Assembly (NCBI GenBank): GCA_903856085.1
Contig: CAIOAT010000003.1
Coordinates: 173 to 64,172, forward strand
Source: Candidatus Omnitrophota bacterium
GTDB taxonomy: Bacteria; Omnitrophota; Omnitrophia; Omnitrophales; Aquincolibacteriaceae
Direction of reading: 5' to 3'
Length of the DNA stretch: 64,000 nt
A program made the translations under genes and the position numbers. Position 1 is the stretch's first letter. The number at the start of each line of letters is the position of its first letter. This document shows positions 42,652-52,683 of the stretch, one piece after another. The notes below the pieces were generated by a model, which had not been told where the DNA came from, searched no databases, and saw only the letters and a program-made list of their open reading frames with translations.

Positions 42652-44544
42652 ATGGAAATAAAATGGATCGATAAAATCAAGTGCCCGCAGGACCTCAAAC
42701 AGGTTCCTTTGGAAAAGCTTCCGGAGGTTGCCGAGGAGTACCGTCAATTTCTGATCGAATCCGTGGCCAAGACCGGCGGGCATTTGGGAGCGAGTCTCGG
42801 TGTTCTGGAGCTCTCGATCGCCCTGCATTATGTCCTGAATTCTCCCGAAGACAAGATCTGCTGGGATGTCGGGCATCAGGCCTATGTTCATAAAATGATC
42901 ACCGGACGTAAGGACCAGATGCACACCTTGCGCCAGCCCGGCGGGTTAAGTGGTTTTCCTGCTCCTTGGGAAAATATGCACGATCCTTTCATTGTCGGCC
43001 ATGCCGGAACCGCAATCTCACAGGCCCTCGGGCTTGCTGCTGCGCGTGATATCAAAAAAGGAAATGAAAAAGTCGTGGCTGTGGTCGGGGACGGTGCCAT
43101 GACCGCAGGACTTTCCTTCGAGGCGCTGAACAGCGCCGGCCAGCTGAAAAAGAATATGCTGATCATTCTCAATGACAATGAAATGTCGATCGCGAAGAAT
43201 GTGGGAGGGATGAGCCGTTATCTCAACCGTGTCATCACCAATCCCCTTTATAACCGCATCCGCGGGGAAGTTGAAAAACAGCTGAGCCGTTTTCCGCGAC
43301 TCAAGAAATTCTCAAACGTTTCCCTCGAGGGCATGAAACATCTTTTTGTGCCCGGGATTATTTTTGAGGAGTTGGGGTTTCGGTATTTCGGGCCTGCGGA
43401 CGGGCACGATGTTATTGGCTTGGTCAAGACCTTGCGCGATGTGCTTGCTCTCAACTCTTGCAGTTTTCTTCATGTCCTTACGAAAAAAGGGAGAGGTTGC
43501 GCGTTCGCGGAAAATGACGAGGAAAAGGGGCATGGGGTCGGGCCTTTCAACGTGAAGACCGGCGAGAAGATCGAGGTCTCATCTTCAAAAAATGATGGCG
43601 CGAGCGTGTCCTACACGCAAGCCTTCGCCGATGCTCTTTCCAAACAAGCGCGCCGGAATCCCAAGGTGGTCGCGATCACGGCGGCCATGCCGTCGGGTAC
43701 GGGGCTTTTGCATTTCCAGAAGGAATTTCCTGAGCGTTTCTTTGATGTCGGCATTGCGGAACAACATGCCGTATCTTTTGCGGGCGCTCTTGCGCGTGGC
43801 GGTTTGAAGCCGGTCGTCGCGATCTATTCGTCTTTCTTGCAACGCGCTCATGATTCGGTGATGCACGATGTGGCGCTGCAGAGACAAAGTATTGTGATGG
43901 GGATCGATCGAGCGGGTCTCGTCGGCGCCGATGGTGCCACCCACCAGGGGATCTTCGATCTCGCTTTTCTCGGATCCGTACCGGGCATTGTTCTCGCCTC
44001 GCCCATTGATGAGTATGAAATGGAAAAGATGATGGAGCTTGCCCTGAACCACCCAACGGCTTTCGCGATTCGCTATCCGCGTGCGAACATTCCCAAGATG
44101 TTCGACGCTTTTCCTAAGAAAGGCTTCGAGATCGGGGAAGGAGAGGTGCTCTTTGACGGCGAGGATGTGACGTTTCTTGCGCTCGGGAGCATGGTCGAAG
44201 CGGCCTGTAAAGCGCGTGCGCTTCTTGAAAAGGAAGGTGTTTCTGCCCGTGTTGTGAACATGCGTTTTGCCCGGCCTCTCGATGAACAACTGATCCTGGA
44301 TTCCCTCAAAAAAACGAAATTCCTTTTTACTCTGGAAGAACATGTTGCGACGGGCGGGTTCGGTTCCAAGGTTCTGGAGTTTTTAGAAGAAAAAAATATT
44401 CGGCATGTCCCGCTCAAACGCTTCGCCCTTCCGGATGAATTCATCGAACATGGCTCCCGCGATGCCCAGCTTGATGAATTCGGACTCTCTCCCGACAAGA
44501 TCACCGCGGCTGTTCTTAAAGAACTCAACCGCGTTATAAAATAG
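42652..44544 (+). CDS. dxs: 1-deoxy-D-xylulose-5-phosphate synthase
   Basis: GGHLGASLG, WDVGHQAY, GDGAMTAG, DVGIAEQH, DRAGLVGADG.TH. Confidence 0.97.
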   Translation: MEIKWIDKIKCPQDLKQVPLEKLPEVAEEYRQFLIESVAKTGGHLGASLGVLELSIALHYVLNSPEDKICWDVGHQAYVHKMITGRKDQMHTLRQPGGLSGFPAPWENMHDPFIVGHAGTAISQALGLAAARDIKKGNEKVVAVVGDGAMTAGLSFEALNSAGQLKKNMLIILNDNEMSIAKNVGGMSRYLNRVITNPLYNRIRGEVEKQLSRFPRLKKFSNVSLEGMKHLFVPGIIFEELGFRYFGPADGHDVIGLVKTLRDVLALNSCSFLHVLTKKGRGCAFAENDEEKGHGVGPFNVKTGEKIEVSSSKNDGASVSYTQAFADALSKQARRNPKVVAITAAMPSGTGLLHFQKEFPERFFDVGIAEQHAVSFAGALARGGLKPVVAIYSSFLQRAHDSVMHDVALQRQSIVMGIDRAGLVGADGATHQGIFDLAFLGSVPGIVLASPIDEYEMEKMMELALNHPTAFAIRYPRANIPKMFDAFPKKGFEIGEGEVLFDGEDVTFLALGSMVEAACKARALLEKEGVSARVVNMRFARPLDEQLILDSLKKTKFLFTLEEHVATGGFGSKVLEFLEEKNIRHVPLKRFALPDEFIEHGSRDAQLDEFGLSPDKITAAVLKELNRVIK

Positions 44545-44556
44545 GCGGCGACTTCG

Positions 44557-44769
44557 ATGGAAAAGATCTCTTTTTCGCTGGCGACGGAATTTATTGAGCT
44601 GTTCAAGCTTCTCAAGGTGACGGGCCTTTGCGATAGCGGGGGCATGGCGAAATGTGCCATCGCTCAATCGGAAGTGAAAGTGGACGGACAAGTTGAGACG
44701 CGCAAGGCTTGCAAGATCCGCAAGAGGCAGCAGGTGGAGTTTTGTGAGCAGATCATTTTTGTTGAATGA
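44557..44769 (+). CDS. S4-domain RNA-binding protein (YbcJ/YaaA-like)
   Basis: FIELFKLLK...SGGMAK, VDGQVETRK. Confidence 0.85.
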   Translation: MEKISFSLATEFIELFKLLKVTGLCDSGGMAKCAIAQSEVKVDGQVETRKACKIRKRQQVEFCEQIIFVE

Positions 44770-44855
44770 GGTCGCGAATAAAAAGCTTTCTTGAAGGTGT
44801 GTCCAGGGAAGTTTAGAATAAAGCCGCTGTTATCTCTCAGAGGGGTGTTCACGAG

Positions 44856-45692
44856 ATGGAAAAAATTGGAATCGTCGTCAATCAGAAGAAAAAAGGCGCG
44901 CCGGAACTTTGCGAGAAACTCGAAGACTGGTTTGCGAAGCGGGATATTCCCGTCCAGGATTCTGCAACCGTATCGCTTGATGAGTTGATCGAAAGTTCAA
45001 CGCTTTTGGTCTGTCTCGGCGGGGATGGGACCATTCTTTCGGTGGTTAGCCGCATGAAAGTCCGCGTGGTGCCGATCCTCGGTGTGAATTTCGGGAAACT
45101 CGGATTTTTGACCGAGGCTAAGGCGGAAGAAATATTCGAAGAACTCAATGCGTATCTTCTTCAAAAGCCGGCGGTTGAGAAACGGCTTATGCTTTCCTGT
45201 ACCGTGAAGGGGAAAAAAACTGTTCAGGAACGGCGCTTTGTGGCGCTCAATGACATCGTGATCAGCCGTGAGGGATTGGCCCGTATTCTCCAGCTTGACG
45301 TTACGATTTCGGGAGAGAAGTTCACAAGCTTCCGGGGCGATGGGGTCGTGATCGCTTCGCCGACTGGTTCCACGGCCTATTCGCTTTCCGCGGGCGGTGC
45401 GGTGGTGCATCCCAAACTCGAAGCTATTCTCATTACACCCATATGTCCTCATGCCCTGAATCTGCGCGCTTTGGTAATCGGACCTGATGAGAAGATCACC
45501 ATCCGGATTCGTACGGAAAACCCCAACGAAAAAGCCCTCCTTACGGCTGACGGTCAAGAAAAGATCGAAATCGACGATAGCTATAGTGTCGAAGTAACCC
45601 GTTTCCACATGCCTCTGTCTTTGGTGAAGAGCACGAAGCGGAGTTATCTTCAGACGCTCAGGGAAAATTTCAAGTTCCCTGACTTCGAATAG
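44856..45692 (+). CDS. nadK: NAD kinase
   Basis: LGGDGT, GKLGFL, ALND, GDGVVIASPTGSTAYSLSAGG. Confidence 0.95.
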   Translation: MEKIGIVVNQKKKGAPELCEKLEDWFAKRDIPVQDSATVSLDELIESSTLLVCLGGDGTILSVVSRMKVRVVPILGVNFGKLGFLTEAKAEEIFEELNAYLLQKPAVEKRLMLSCTVKGKKTVQERRFVALNDIVISREGLARILQLDVTISGEKFTSFRGDGVVIASPTGSTAYSLSAGGAVVHPKLEAILITPICPHALNLRALVIGPDEKITIRIRTENPNEKALLTADGQEKIEIDDSYSVEVTRFHMPLSLVKSTKRSYLQTLRENFKFPDFE

Positions 45693-45736
45693 ACGGAAGC
45701 GTTTTCAGCACTTCCTCTCTCTAACGGGGTGAAGCC

Positions 45737-46105
45737 ATCGTTAAACTGTTGATCGTCGATGACGAAAAAATGATCTGTGAGGAATTTCGCGAAACCCTCG
45801 AACAAGAAGGCCATCAGGTCGATTGCGCGCTAAACGGCAAAGAGGGCCTTCGGAAGATACAGACCAATCATTATAATCTCGTCTTTTTGGATTCCGCGAT
45901 GCCCTTTTTGGACGGGAAAAAGGTTCTGGAGCATATCCGGCATTTCAGTCGGGTGCCAGTGGCCCTGATCACCGGTTTTTTGACGGAATCCAAAGAAAAA
46001 GAGATTCTGCATCTTGGCGCGATGGTGTGCCTTCGCAAGCCCTTGGACCTTGACCGAGTCAAATCACTCATTCATACTGTGTCCCGCTCCACGCACCCTT
46101 CATAA
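45737..46105 (+). CDS. Single-domain response regulator
   Basis: KLLIVDDE, LVFLD, ITG, LRKP. Start uncertain: ATC 45737 or TTG 45749. Confidence 0.8.
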   Translation: MVKLLIVDDEKMICEEFRETLEQEGHQVDCALNGKEGLRKIQTNHYNLVFLDSAMPFLDGKKVLEHIRHFSRVPVALITGFLTESKEKEILHLGAMVCLRKPLDLDRVKSLIHTVSRSTHPS

Positions 46106-46125
46106 ACGATAACCGATTATTGCCT

Positions 46126-47406
46126 ATGTCCGACATCCGAGTTCGTTTCGCGCCATCCCCGACAGGATACCTCCACATTGGAGGTGTCCGTACTGCACTT
46201 TTTAATTACCTTTATGCGCGTCAGCAGGGCGGAAAATTCCTGCTGCGCATTGAAGACACCGATCGTCAGCGCTCGACACCCGGATTTGAACAGGAAATCC
46301 TGGAATCGCTTCGCTGGCTCGGGCTTGAGTGGGATGAAGAACTGGTCCATCAAAGTAAGCGGCTTGACCGGTACCGTGAAATCGCTCAAGAGCTCGTCGC
46401 CAAAGGTCTTGCCTATGAATTTGAGGGAGCCATTAAGTTCAAGATCCCGCAGACCGTAGTCAAAGTCTATGACATCGTTCGCGGGGAAGTGACCTACGAC
46501 TCCAAAGAGTTCGATGACCTCGTGATCATGAAGTCTGACGGATATCCTGTCTTTCATCTGGCGGTGATCGTGGATGACCATGACATGGGGATCACGCACG
46601 TGGTGCGCGGGGAGGACCATCTGACCAATACGCCCCGGCATATCCTTCTTCAGCAGGCGCTCGGATGGAAATCGCCCAAGTACGCACATCTCCCGCTCAT
46701 TTTTGGTTCCGATGGTACTCCGCTTTCCAAGCGTCATGGCGCGGTTGCGGTGACAGAATATCGTAACAAGGGTTTTCTTCCGCAGGGGCTCATCAACTAT
46801 CTGGCGCTTCTTGGCTGGAATCCCGGGACGCCGCAGGAGATCTTTTCGCTTCCGGAACTTGTGAAGCAATTTTCTCTGAAGCGCGTGATCAAATCGAACG
46901 CGCAGTTCAATCCCGAAAAACTTCTCTGGGTGAATGGCCAGCATATTCGCGCGATCCCGGGAGAGGATTATGAAAAACAGATGACGGAATTTTGGAAGGA
47001 CAAGTTGGAGCCGATGCCGGAAGAAAAATGGCGGAAGCTGATCGCGCTTTACCGGCCACGTATCCAGACCTATGGTGAGTTGAAGGAGCAGGCGGTTTAT
47101 TGCTTTGCCAGCCCCGATTATAAAGACGCCGCCTTGATGGCCGAGATCAAAGGGAATGCCGTGACGGTGAAGTTGCTGGGTGAATTGCGCGATGTTCTCA
47201 GCGACCTTGGAGATTTTGAAGATGTGCAGATCCTGGATCAAAAGACAAAACAAGTGGCTGAGGCCGCGGGCCTGAAGCCCAAGGATATCATCCATCCCCT
47301 TCGCTTTGTCTTGACGGGCGGCACTGCGAGCCCCGGTATTTTTGAGCTCATGAGCCTTCTTGGAAAAGAGACCTGCTTAGAACGTCTCGTAAAATTCCTC
47401 ATTTAA
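46126..47406 (+). CDS. gltX: Glutamate--tRNA ligase (short form)
   Basis: RFAPSPTGYLHIGG, LRIEDTD, VVRGEDH, PLSKR. Confidence 0.95.
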   Translation: MSDIRVRFAPSPTGYLHIGGVRTALFNYLYARQQGGKFLLRIEDTDRQRSTPGFEQEILESLRWLGLEWDEELVHQSKRLDRYREIAQELVAKGLAYEFEGAIKFKIPQTVVKVYDIVRGEVTYDSKEFDDLVIMKSDGYPVFHLAVIVDDHDMGITHVVRGEDHLTNTPRHILLQQALGWKSPKYAHLPLIFGSDGTPLSKRHGAVAVTEYRNKGFLPQGLINYLALLGWNPGTPQEIFSLPELVKQFSLKRVIKSNAQFNPEKLLWVNGQHIRAIPGEDYEKQMTEFWKDKLEPMPEEKWRKLIALYRPRIQTYGELKEQAVYCFASPDYKDAALMAEIKGNAVTVKLLGELRDVLSDLGDFEDVQILDQKTKQVAEAAGLKPKDIIHPLRFVLTGGTASPGIFELMSLLGKETCLERLVKFLI

Positions 47407-47473
47407 CCTGGTTTCAGTGTGCGTAGACCACACTGGGAGTGTGAAATAGGTCGTAATTTGATATAATCCATCC

Positions 47474-49159
47474 ATGGAAATGCCCACGACACCTTCTAAT
47501 TTCATACGCGATATTATTAATGCCGACATCGCGAGCGGCAAGAACAAGGGTCGCGTGCACACACGCTTTCCGCCCGAACCCAACGGTTACCTCCATATCG
47601 GTCACGCCAAGGCTATCTGCATCAGTTTCGGGATCGCCCGCGACTACCAAGGGCTCTGCAATCTCCGTTTTGACGATACCAATCCCGAAAAAGAGGAAGT
47701 CGAATACGTGGATTCCATCCGCGAGGATGTTCGCTGGCTCGGTTTTGATTGGGGTGAACGCGAGTATTATGCTTCGGATTATTTTGGTCAACTCTATGAA
47801 CACGCGCTCACGCTTATCAAAAATGGAAAAGCCTATGTCTGTGACCTAAGCCCGGACGAGCAGCGCCAGTATCGCGGGACTTTCAACGAGCCAGGCAGGA
47901 ACAGCCCTTTTCGTGATCGATCTCCGGAAGAAAACCTGAATCTTTTTGAAAGGATGAAAGCCGGGGAATTCCCAGATGGCGCGCGCGTTTTAAGAGCGAA
48001 GATCGATATGGCGTCTCCCAACATTACCATGCGCGATCCCACGATCTACCGGATCAAAAAGGCGTCGCATCATCGCACCGGCGACCAATGGTGCATCTAT
48101 CCGATGTATGACTTCACGCATTGTATCTCGGACTCCATCGAAGGGATCACGCATTCGATCTGCACGCTCGAGTTTGAGAATAACCGTCCGCTTTATGACT
48201 GGGTTCTCGACCAGCTTGGCATTCACCATCCTCAACAGATAGAGTTCGCCCGTCTCAACATCACTTACACACTCCTGAGCAAGCGAATTCTGTTGAAGCT
48301 TGTTCAACAGAAGATCGTGTCCGGCTGGAATGATCCGCGTATGCCCACGATTTCGGGATTCCGTCGGCGTGGCTATACGCCATCCGCTATCCGCGCGTTT
48401 TGTGACAAGATCGGCGTTGCGAAGTTCAACAGCACGATCGATATGGTATTGCTCGAGAATTCCATCAGGGAAGAACTCAATAAAACAGCGCCTCGCGTGA
48501 TGGCAGTCCTGGATCCTCTTAAGGTTGTTATCACGAATTATCCCGAGGGCAAGACCGAAGAAATGGAGGCCGTGAATAATCCCGAGGATCCGGCGGCCGG
48601 GACGCGCATACTGCCGTTCTCAAAAGAACTTTATATCGAGCGGGAAGATTTCCGTGAGGATGCGCCCAAGAAATTCTTCCGGCTTGTGCCGGGCGGGGAA
48701 GTACGACTGCGTTATGGGTATTTCATCAAATGCGAAAAGGTCGTCAAGGACGCAGCCGGCCGGATCACAGAACTTCACTGTACGTACGATCCCGAAACCC
48801 GCGGAGGGAATAATCCTCCGGACGGCCGGAAGGTGAAGGGTACGATCCATTGGGTTTCAGCTCACCATGCACTGAAGGCCGAAGTCCGGCTCTATGATCA
48901 TTTGTTTGCCGCAAAAGATCCAGGTGATGTTCCGGAAGGCCAGGATATTTTTGTGAATCTGAATCCTAAATCTCTGGAGACGGTTTCCGAGGCGCTTCTT
49001 GAGCCTAGCTTGAAGGATGCGAAACCCGGCGAGCGGTTCCAGTTCGAGCGGCTTGGCTATTTCTTCGCAGATCCCATCGATTCCAAGTCCGGTCACCCCG
49101 TTTTCAATCGCACCGTGACTTTACGCGATACGTGGGAGAAGATCGAGAAAAAGGGGTAA
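47474..49159 (+). CDS. glnS: Glutamine--tRNA ligase
   Basis: [48 protein letters not shown]. Confidence 0.96.
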   Translation: MEMPTTPSNFIRDIINADIASGKNKGRVHTRFPPEPNGYLHIGHAKAICISFGIARDYQGLCNLRFDDTNPEKEEVEYVDSIREDVRWLGFDWGEREYYASDYFGQLYEHALTLIKNGKAYVCDLSPDEQRQYRGTFNEPGRNSPFRDRSPEENLNLFERMKAGEFPDGARVLRAKIDMASPNITMRDPTIYRIKKASHHRTGDQWCIYPMYDFTHCISDSIEGITHSICTLEFENNRPLYDWVLDQLGIHHPQQIEFARLNITYTLLSKRILLKLVQQKIVSGWNDPRMPTISGFRRRGYTPSAIRAFCDKIGVAKFNSTIDMVLLENSIREELNKTAPRVMAVLDPLKVVITNYPEGKTEEMEAVNNPEDPAAGTRILPFSKELYIEREDFREDAPKKFFRLVPGGEVRLRYGYFIKCEKVVKDAAGRITELHCTYDPETRGGNNPPDGRKVKGTIHWVSAHHALKAEVRLYDHLFAAKDPGDVPEGQDIFVNLNPKSLETVSEALLEPSLKDAKPGERFQFERLGYFFADPIDSKSGHPVFNRTVTLRDTWEKIEKKG

Positions 49160-49225
49160 TTACGGCGCTTGCGCCTAGGGCTCAAGTACCGCTTTGTGGA
49201 AGCTTTGGGAATGCTATCGACGAAG

Positions 49226-49296
49226 CTGGGGGACTAGGATTTGAACCTAGACTAGGTGATCCAGAGTCACCGGTGCTACCGTTACACCATCCCCCA
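49226..49296 (-). tRNA. tRNA-Gln (CTG)
   Basis: Minus strand TGGGGGATGGTGTAACGGTAGCACCGGTGACTCTGGATCACCTAGTCTAGGTTCAAATCCTAGTCCCCCAG; anticodon arm GGTGA-CT-CTG-GA-TCACC. Confidence 0.95.
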
Positions 49297-49458
49297 ACGA
49301 AGGATATGAGATCAAACGGCGGGAAAAATCACGGGGATTATAGCGGGTCTTCAGCCTACCGACAAGAATTCTTCTCGAAGAAACGAATTTGAAATGGCGT
49401 AGCTTTCTATTTCCTCGCAAGTAGTCTAAAGCAGGCAACAGACGTCAGGATGAATTGC

Positions 49459-49698
49459 ATGAAGATTGGTAAAGAAGAACTGCTCGAAAAGTTGAAGAAG
49501 GCGTATGAAATGGAGGAGGTCATGGCGAATCTTTTGACCGCCTTGGCTATGCCGCATGTTTTTACCAGTAAAATCCACGAACAGGACAGGCAAAAGGTCC
49601 ACAAAATGCTCGCGATCATTCACGCGGATACTCTCAAACATAAAAAAATCGTGTCCGGAATGATGAAAAATCTTTCAGGGGGATCCTTTGGAGGTTAG
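49459..49698 (+). CDS. Small two-helix 'half ferritin-like' protein
   Basis: KEELLEKLKKAYEMEE...HADTLKH; paralogous to 57079-57315. Start 49450 or 49459. Confidence 0.7.
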   Translation: MKIGKEELLEKLKKAYEMEEVMANLLTALAMPHVFTSKIHEQDRQKVHKMLAIIHADTLKHKKIVSGMMKNLSGGSFGG

Positions 49699-51199
49699 TT
49701 TGCTGCTCGAGCAGCTGCGCCAATTAAAAGTTGCGGACCAGAACGCGCTGGATATTTACACCGGCCTGCAGTCTAAGGTTGAGGATAAAAAGATTCTCCT
49801 GTCATTGCAGCAACTTGTCCGCGATGAGTTGAAACATGTGGCGATGGAAAAAGAAATCCTGGCTATTCTCAAACAAGAGCAGCGGGTCTTTTTCTGGGGA
49901 GGAAAGAAAGAGGCGGAGGAATTCAAAGGGCTCTTTTCCAGGGCCAGCATCTATTTTACAGCGGGTAGTAAAAAAGAGCTTTTTCCCGGGACGCGGGACG
50001 GGAGGCCTTTTGATCTTGTGGTCTTGGACCTGGATAGTGAAGGGCACGTGAGCAATCCCAAGGCTGTCGCAGGTCTTGTTGGAAAGATCAGGAAAGCTCA
50101 CAAAAAGGTTGTGATTCTTTCATGTCGCAGGGACTTTAAATTGATCCGTGCGGCTTTCGAGGCCGGAACAAGCGACTACATTCTCAAACCCTTTAATCAG
50201 CGCGAGCTCAGCGCGAGGATCCTCGCCATTCTCGAGGGTAAAAAAAGAATCTGCTGTCTCGGAGGCGGAACCGGCCTTTTCACTCTGTTGAGCGCTCTTA
50301 AGACGCTTCCTGATATTCTCTTGATCTCACTTGTGAATATGAGCGATGACGGAGGATCCTCAGGACGGCTTCGGTCGTCGTTCGGGATTCTTCCCCCTGG
50401 CGATATCCGGCGTAGTCTTGTTGCGCTTTCGAACGCTCCTGAGGTCATGAATGAGTTGATTCGCTATCGATTCGATCGTGGGGGGGAGCTCCGTGACCAT
50501 TCACTCGGGAATCTTCTCCTGACGGGTCTTGCCGGGATGAAGGGGTCTATGGCCGAAGCGGTTCGAGCGATGGGGGATATCCTGAACATCCAGGGGATCG
50601 TGCTCCCGATCACTCAAACCATGACAGAGTTTGTCGCCCGTTTTGAAAATGGAAAAGTAATCCGCGGAGAAAGTCGGATCAGTCTTTGTGCGGGAAGAGA
50701 CCCGGCTCTGAAGATCCGCAAAGTATGGCACGAACCTCACGCTGAATGCGATGCAAGCTCCTACGCATCGATCCTTCATGCAGATGTTGTTATCATCGGT
50801 CCAGGGGACCTTTTTACGAGCGTGATCACGAACCTGGTGATCAGGAAGGTCAGCGAGGCGATTTCTCTTTCGCGGGCAAAAAAGATCTATATCTGTAATC
50901 TCATGACGCGGCCGGGCGAGACCTCAGGTCTTGATGCACGGGCGCATGTCAAAAGGGTCGTCGATGTGCTGGGAAGAGACCGCCTGAATTATGTCCTTGT
51001 TTCAAATACCCGGTTCTCCAAAGCCGCGATCGCGCGTTATGCAAAGCTAGACCAGCATCCGGTTTTGATAAATGAAAAAGAGGGGCTAGCGGGAATCACA
51101 AAGGCTAAGGAAATTCTTGCCGATATTGCCGACCAAAAGGAATTGGTCCGCCACGATCTTCAGAAGCTTCGTAATCAGCTTCTCCTGCTTCTTTCTTGA
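49688..51199 (+). CDS. Fusion: half-ferritin + receiver domain + YvcK/GlmR (CofD-like) domain
   Basis: N-terminal DQNALDIY...RDELKH; receiver DLVVLD...DYILKPF; YvcK motifs LGGGTG, SDDGGSSGRLR, LPPGDIR, GPGDLFTSV, CNLMT.PGET. Confidence 0.85.
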   Translation: MEVSLLLEQLRQLKVADQNALDIYTGLQSKVEDKKILLSLQQLVRDELKHVAMEKEILAILKQEQRVFFWGGKKEAEEFKGLFSRASIYFTAGSKKELFPGTRDGRPFDLVVLDLDSEGHVSNPKAVAGLVGKIRKAHKKVVILSCRRDFKLIRAAFEAGTSDYILKPFNQRELSARILAILEGKKRICCLGGGTGLFTLLSALKTLPDILLISLVNMSDDGGSSGRLRSSFGILPPGDIRRSLVALSNAPEVMNELIRYRFDRGGELRDHSLGNLLLTGLAGMKGSMAEAVRAMGDILNIQGIVLPITQTMTEFVARFENGKVIRGESRISLCAGRDPALKIRKVWHEPHAECDASSYASILHADVVIIGPGDLFTSVITNLVIRKVSEAISLSRAKKIYICNLMTRPGETSGLDARAHVKRVVDVLGRDRLNYVLVSNTRFSKAAIARYAKLDQHPVLINEKEGLAGITKAKEILADIADQKELVRHDLQKLRNQLLLLLS

Positions 51200-51232
51200 C
51201 GCCCCGGCATGCAGCGCGCGCGATGAGCGTTA

Positions 51233-51904
51233 TTAGAGACACATCCGGTCATTGATATTGCGCAGGACGCGCAATCCCCTAAAACCTTCCGCATAGTGGA
51301 CCCGGCCCTGGACCCCTCTGAATGTTGCGTAGGCTCTGGCAATCTCCGTAATTTTCAGATTCTCGATGCTCGTTTTCTCAATTTGTGAGGCGTGTAATTC
51401 GAGCAGTTTGATCTTTTCAGGGAGGATGTCGGTGATATCAACGAAGATGTCAGGGATGAAATCCAGGCAACTAGGGGATTCATAAAAAAGGACCTCCTTG
51501 ACGTTGCGTGTTGCGGCGATCGTTGCGCGAGAGGCTGCGCGGTGGTCCTGATGGCTGTCATCAAAATGGTTGATCAAGACAATGTCTGGAGATACCGCCG
51601 TGACCGCGCCCTCGATCGTTCTTATGAGGTTCCTATCGTCATGCAATTCAGTATCGTGGTAGCCGCCCCAAATAATCTTTTTGACGCCAAGAGCTGCTGC
51701 GGCTCCTTCTTGTTCCAGTTTACGCGTTGCCGGATCTCCACCGACACATCCGTCGGTCAGGATTAACTGGTAGATCTGATTTCCCGCTTGTCCGTATCTT
51801 ACGAGAGTTCCGCCGCAGCCAAATTCAATATCATCCGGATGTGGACCGATCGCGAGAATATTCATGCCGGTTTTTTTTGGGGATAGCTCATGGTGTGATT
51901 CCAC
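51233..51904 (-). CDS. PIG-L/LmbE family N-acetylglucosaminyl deacetylase
   Basis: PHPDDIEFGCGG, DSHQDH, HASQ, YAEGF; GGAGG RBS before the GTG. Confidence 0.9.
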   Translation of the reverse strand: MESHHELSPKKTGMNILAIGPHPDDIEFGCGGTLVRYGQAGNQIYQLILTDGCVGGDPATRKLEQEGAAAALGVKKIIWGGYHDTELHDDRNLIRTIEGAVTAVSPDIVLINHFDDSHQDHRAASRATIAATRNVKEVLFYESPSCLDFIPDIFVDITDILPEKIKLLELHASQIEKTSIENLKITEIARAYATFRGVQGRVHYAEGFRGLRVLRNINDRMCL

Positions 51905-52077
51905 AGCGGGGTCCTCCGTTTGCGAGTGACAATAAAAGACAGCGCAGGATTATAGCATTAGCGTGTATAAGTTTTTAATCAAAAAAACAGCCATCGTTTA
52001 AGGTGCGCTTGTGTATAATGCAACATTCACATTTGACGGGTGTTTTGCCGTTCAACTATCGGGTAACGAAAACCCCT

Positions 52078-52683
52078 ATGAAGAAGGTCTTTTTTGGAGC
52101 GATGCTGGTTTTGATAGCGGCCGCCACGACGGGTGTTTATTACCTCACCCAAAAAGCCGACATCTACTACTACAAAGGGCATGATCTTTTCGTCAAGGCA
52201 AAGTATAAAGCCGCTGTTCAGCCCTTCCTTCAGTCCCTCTCAGAGGATCCGAAACGTTCCAAAACGCTAACGGAGCTCGGGTATTCTTACCTCTGGGCCG
52301 GAGATTATCCGGAGGCCATCCAAGTGTTCCAGAAACTGGTCGCACTTGAACCCGGAGCTTTTCGGGTGAAAAAATCATTGGCCAGCGCTTACTCCTGGAA
52401 TAAAGAATATGCGAAGGCCGAGGCGATTTTCCGGGAGGTTATTCGCGGAGACAAGAACGACCGGGATGCCCAAAAGGGATTGGCCGAGATTTATATTTGG
52501 GACAATCAATTTGACAAGGCAAAAGAGATCTTAACGGCCTTGCTCAAAAGCAATGCCGGGGACGCCCAGGCGAAGTTCCTTTACGGAAAAGCGCTGCTTT
52601 ATTCCGGGCACACGAAAGAAGCCCTCAAGATTTTCGAGGAGCTCTCAGGTGGTTCAAAACCCATCGCAAGGAAAACTCCATGA
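52078..52683 (+). CDS. Membrane-anchored periplasmic TPR protein
   Basis: N-terminal hydrophobic segment; TPR units with LAxxYxW pattern. Confidence 0.8.
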   Translation: MKKVFFGAMLVLIAAATTGVYYLTQKADIYYYKGHDLFVKAKYKAAVQPFLQSLSEDPKRSKTLTELGYSYLWAGDYPEAIQVFQKLVALEPGAFRVKKSLASAYSWNKEYAKAEAIFREVIRGDKNDRDAQKGLAEIYIWDNQFDKAKEILTALLKSNAGDAQAKFLYGKALLYSGHTKEALKIFEELSGGSKPIARKTP

